Positions 63,465 through 64,000 of a stretch of 64,000 bases of DNA are shown here, one piece after another. The stretch comes from Patescibacteria group bacterium (GTDB taxonomy: Bacteria; Patescibacteriota; Minisyncoccia; UBA6257; GWB1-50-10), in contig JASEIC010000001.1 of NCBI GenBank assembly GCA_030017555.1, positions 2,571-66,570 on the forward strand, given 5' to 3'. Position 1 is the stretch's first letter, and every line of letters begins with the position of its first letter. The position numbers and the translations under genes were made by a program. The notes below the pieces were generated by a model. The model made no database searches. It was not told the origin of the DNA and was given only the letters and a program-made list of their open reading frames with translations.

Positions 63465-64000
63465 ATGAAATTTCTGTCTATAATTACAATACTTGTTTTA
63501 GCTGGATTTTTTGGATTATCTAGCTCTGTTTCTTCTCAAACCGAATCTCAAGGAGAAATAATTTTCACCTGGCAAACCAAGAATTTTTACCCGGCTGATT
63601 TCAAAGGCAAATCTCTTCCGGTTCAAAATTCATTTGTTGATATTTCTTTGGAGCTTTTAAAAAACAGCAAACTTCAAGATTTATCTCTAGCCGATATTAC
63701 CTGGTTTTTAGATGAAAAAGTGATAAATCGCGGAACGGGAAATAACGAAACTTCTTTTATCGTAAAAAAGGCTGATAGCGATTCTCATTTTATCCGGGTT
63801 GCCGTAAAGCTGGGCAATGACCTGCACGAAAGTTCAATGCGTCTTTATGTGTCAAAACCGAAAATCGCCATAACCACAAATCCTTTTCCAAACTCCTTTG
63901 TCCCGCCGGGCGCGGAACTGACTCTTCAAGCCATTCCTTATTTTTTTAATATAAACAACATTCAAGACCTTTTGTTTTTTTGGCAAATAAACAGCGAAAA
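63465..64000 (+). CDS. Secreted protein, 5' part only (continues past the window end)
   Basis: ATG at 63465. Signal peptide MKFLSIITILVLAGFFGLSSSVSSQ. Open to the window edge. Confidence 0.45.
   Translation, partial: MKFLSIITILVLAGFFGLSSSVSSQTESQGEIIFTWQTKNFYPADFKGKSLPVQNSFVDISLELLKNSKLQDLSLADITWFLDEKVINRGTGNNETSFIVKKADSDSHFIRVAVKLGNDLHESSMRLYVSKPKIAITTNPFPNSFVPPGAELTLQAIPYFFNINNIQDLLFFWQINSE

Overview
This 64 kb window comes from an AT-rich, gene-dense bacterial chromosome. TGA is used as an ordinary stop, and most genes are short. Many small membrane or secreted proteins and minimalist versions of housekeeping genes are present, and intrinsic terminators are frequent. By inference only, this points to a small-genome Patescibacteria/CPR-like lineage. 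The confident core genes are glyQS (partial), recO, tsaD, valS, hsp20, a NUDIX hydrolase, nusA, yraN, ftsK, a rodZ-like gene, recA, folD, glyA, ftsH, rpsA, gyrA, rpsO, pnp, a dksA-like gene, comM/yifB, an M23/LysM peptidase and rsmA/ksgA. RNA genes are tRNA-Val(UAC), tRNA-Ile(UAU), an orphan tRNA 5'-half fragment and tRNA-Leu(UAG). The notable accessory content is listed below.
1. Near 40.2-43.0 kb, a 2.4 kb gene for a fused MFS / spermidine-synthase-like / M28 protein is flanked by ~77 bp GC-rich near-perfect inverted repeats. It sits between tRNA-Leu and a Xer-like tyrosine recombinase, next to a GC-rich island of hairpins with C-rich loops.
2. At 53.7-63.4 kb and beyond, a Gram-positive-type minimal type IV secretion-like locus has a VirB6/TcpH-like, a VirB3/PrgI-like and a VirB4-like gene (the last possibly split). 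It is interrupted by a small GIY-YIG nuclease gene bounded by ~20 bp inverted repeats. An ORF-less miniature copy of the same inverted-repeat pair lies 6 kb upstream. In both copies the right repeat carries the stop codon, Shine-Dalgarno sequence and ATG of the adjacent T4SS gene.
3. At 33.3-40.0 kb, three paralogous pilin-like (VirB2/TrbC-topology) small proteins are followed by an operon encoding a PMT-type (GT39-like) mannosyltransferase, two GT2 polyprenyl-phosphate-sugar synthases and polytopic membrane proteins.
4. At 25.3-27.2 kb, a three-gene accessory patch lies next to the tRNA genes. It includes a monocistronic GC-outlier gene driven by a consensus promoter whose palindromic -10 module is duplicated verbatim upstream of another orphan gene at 12.4 kb.
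No CRISPR arrays, rRNA genes or obvious prophage structural genes were seen.
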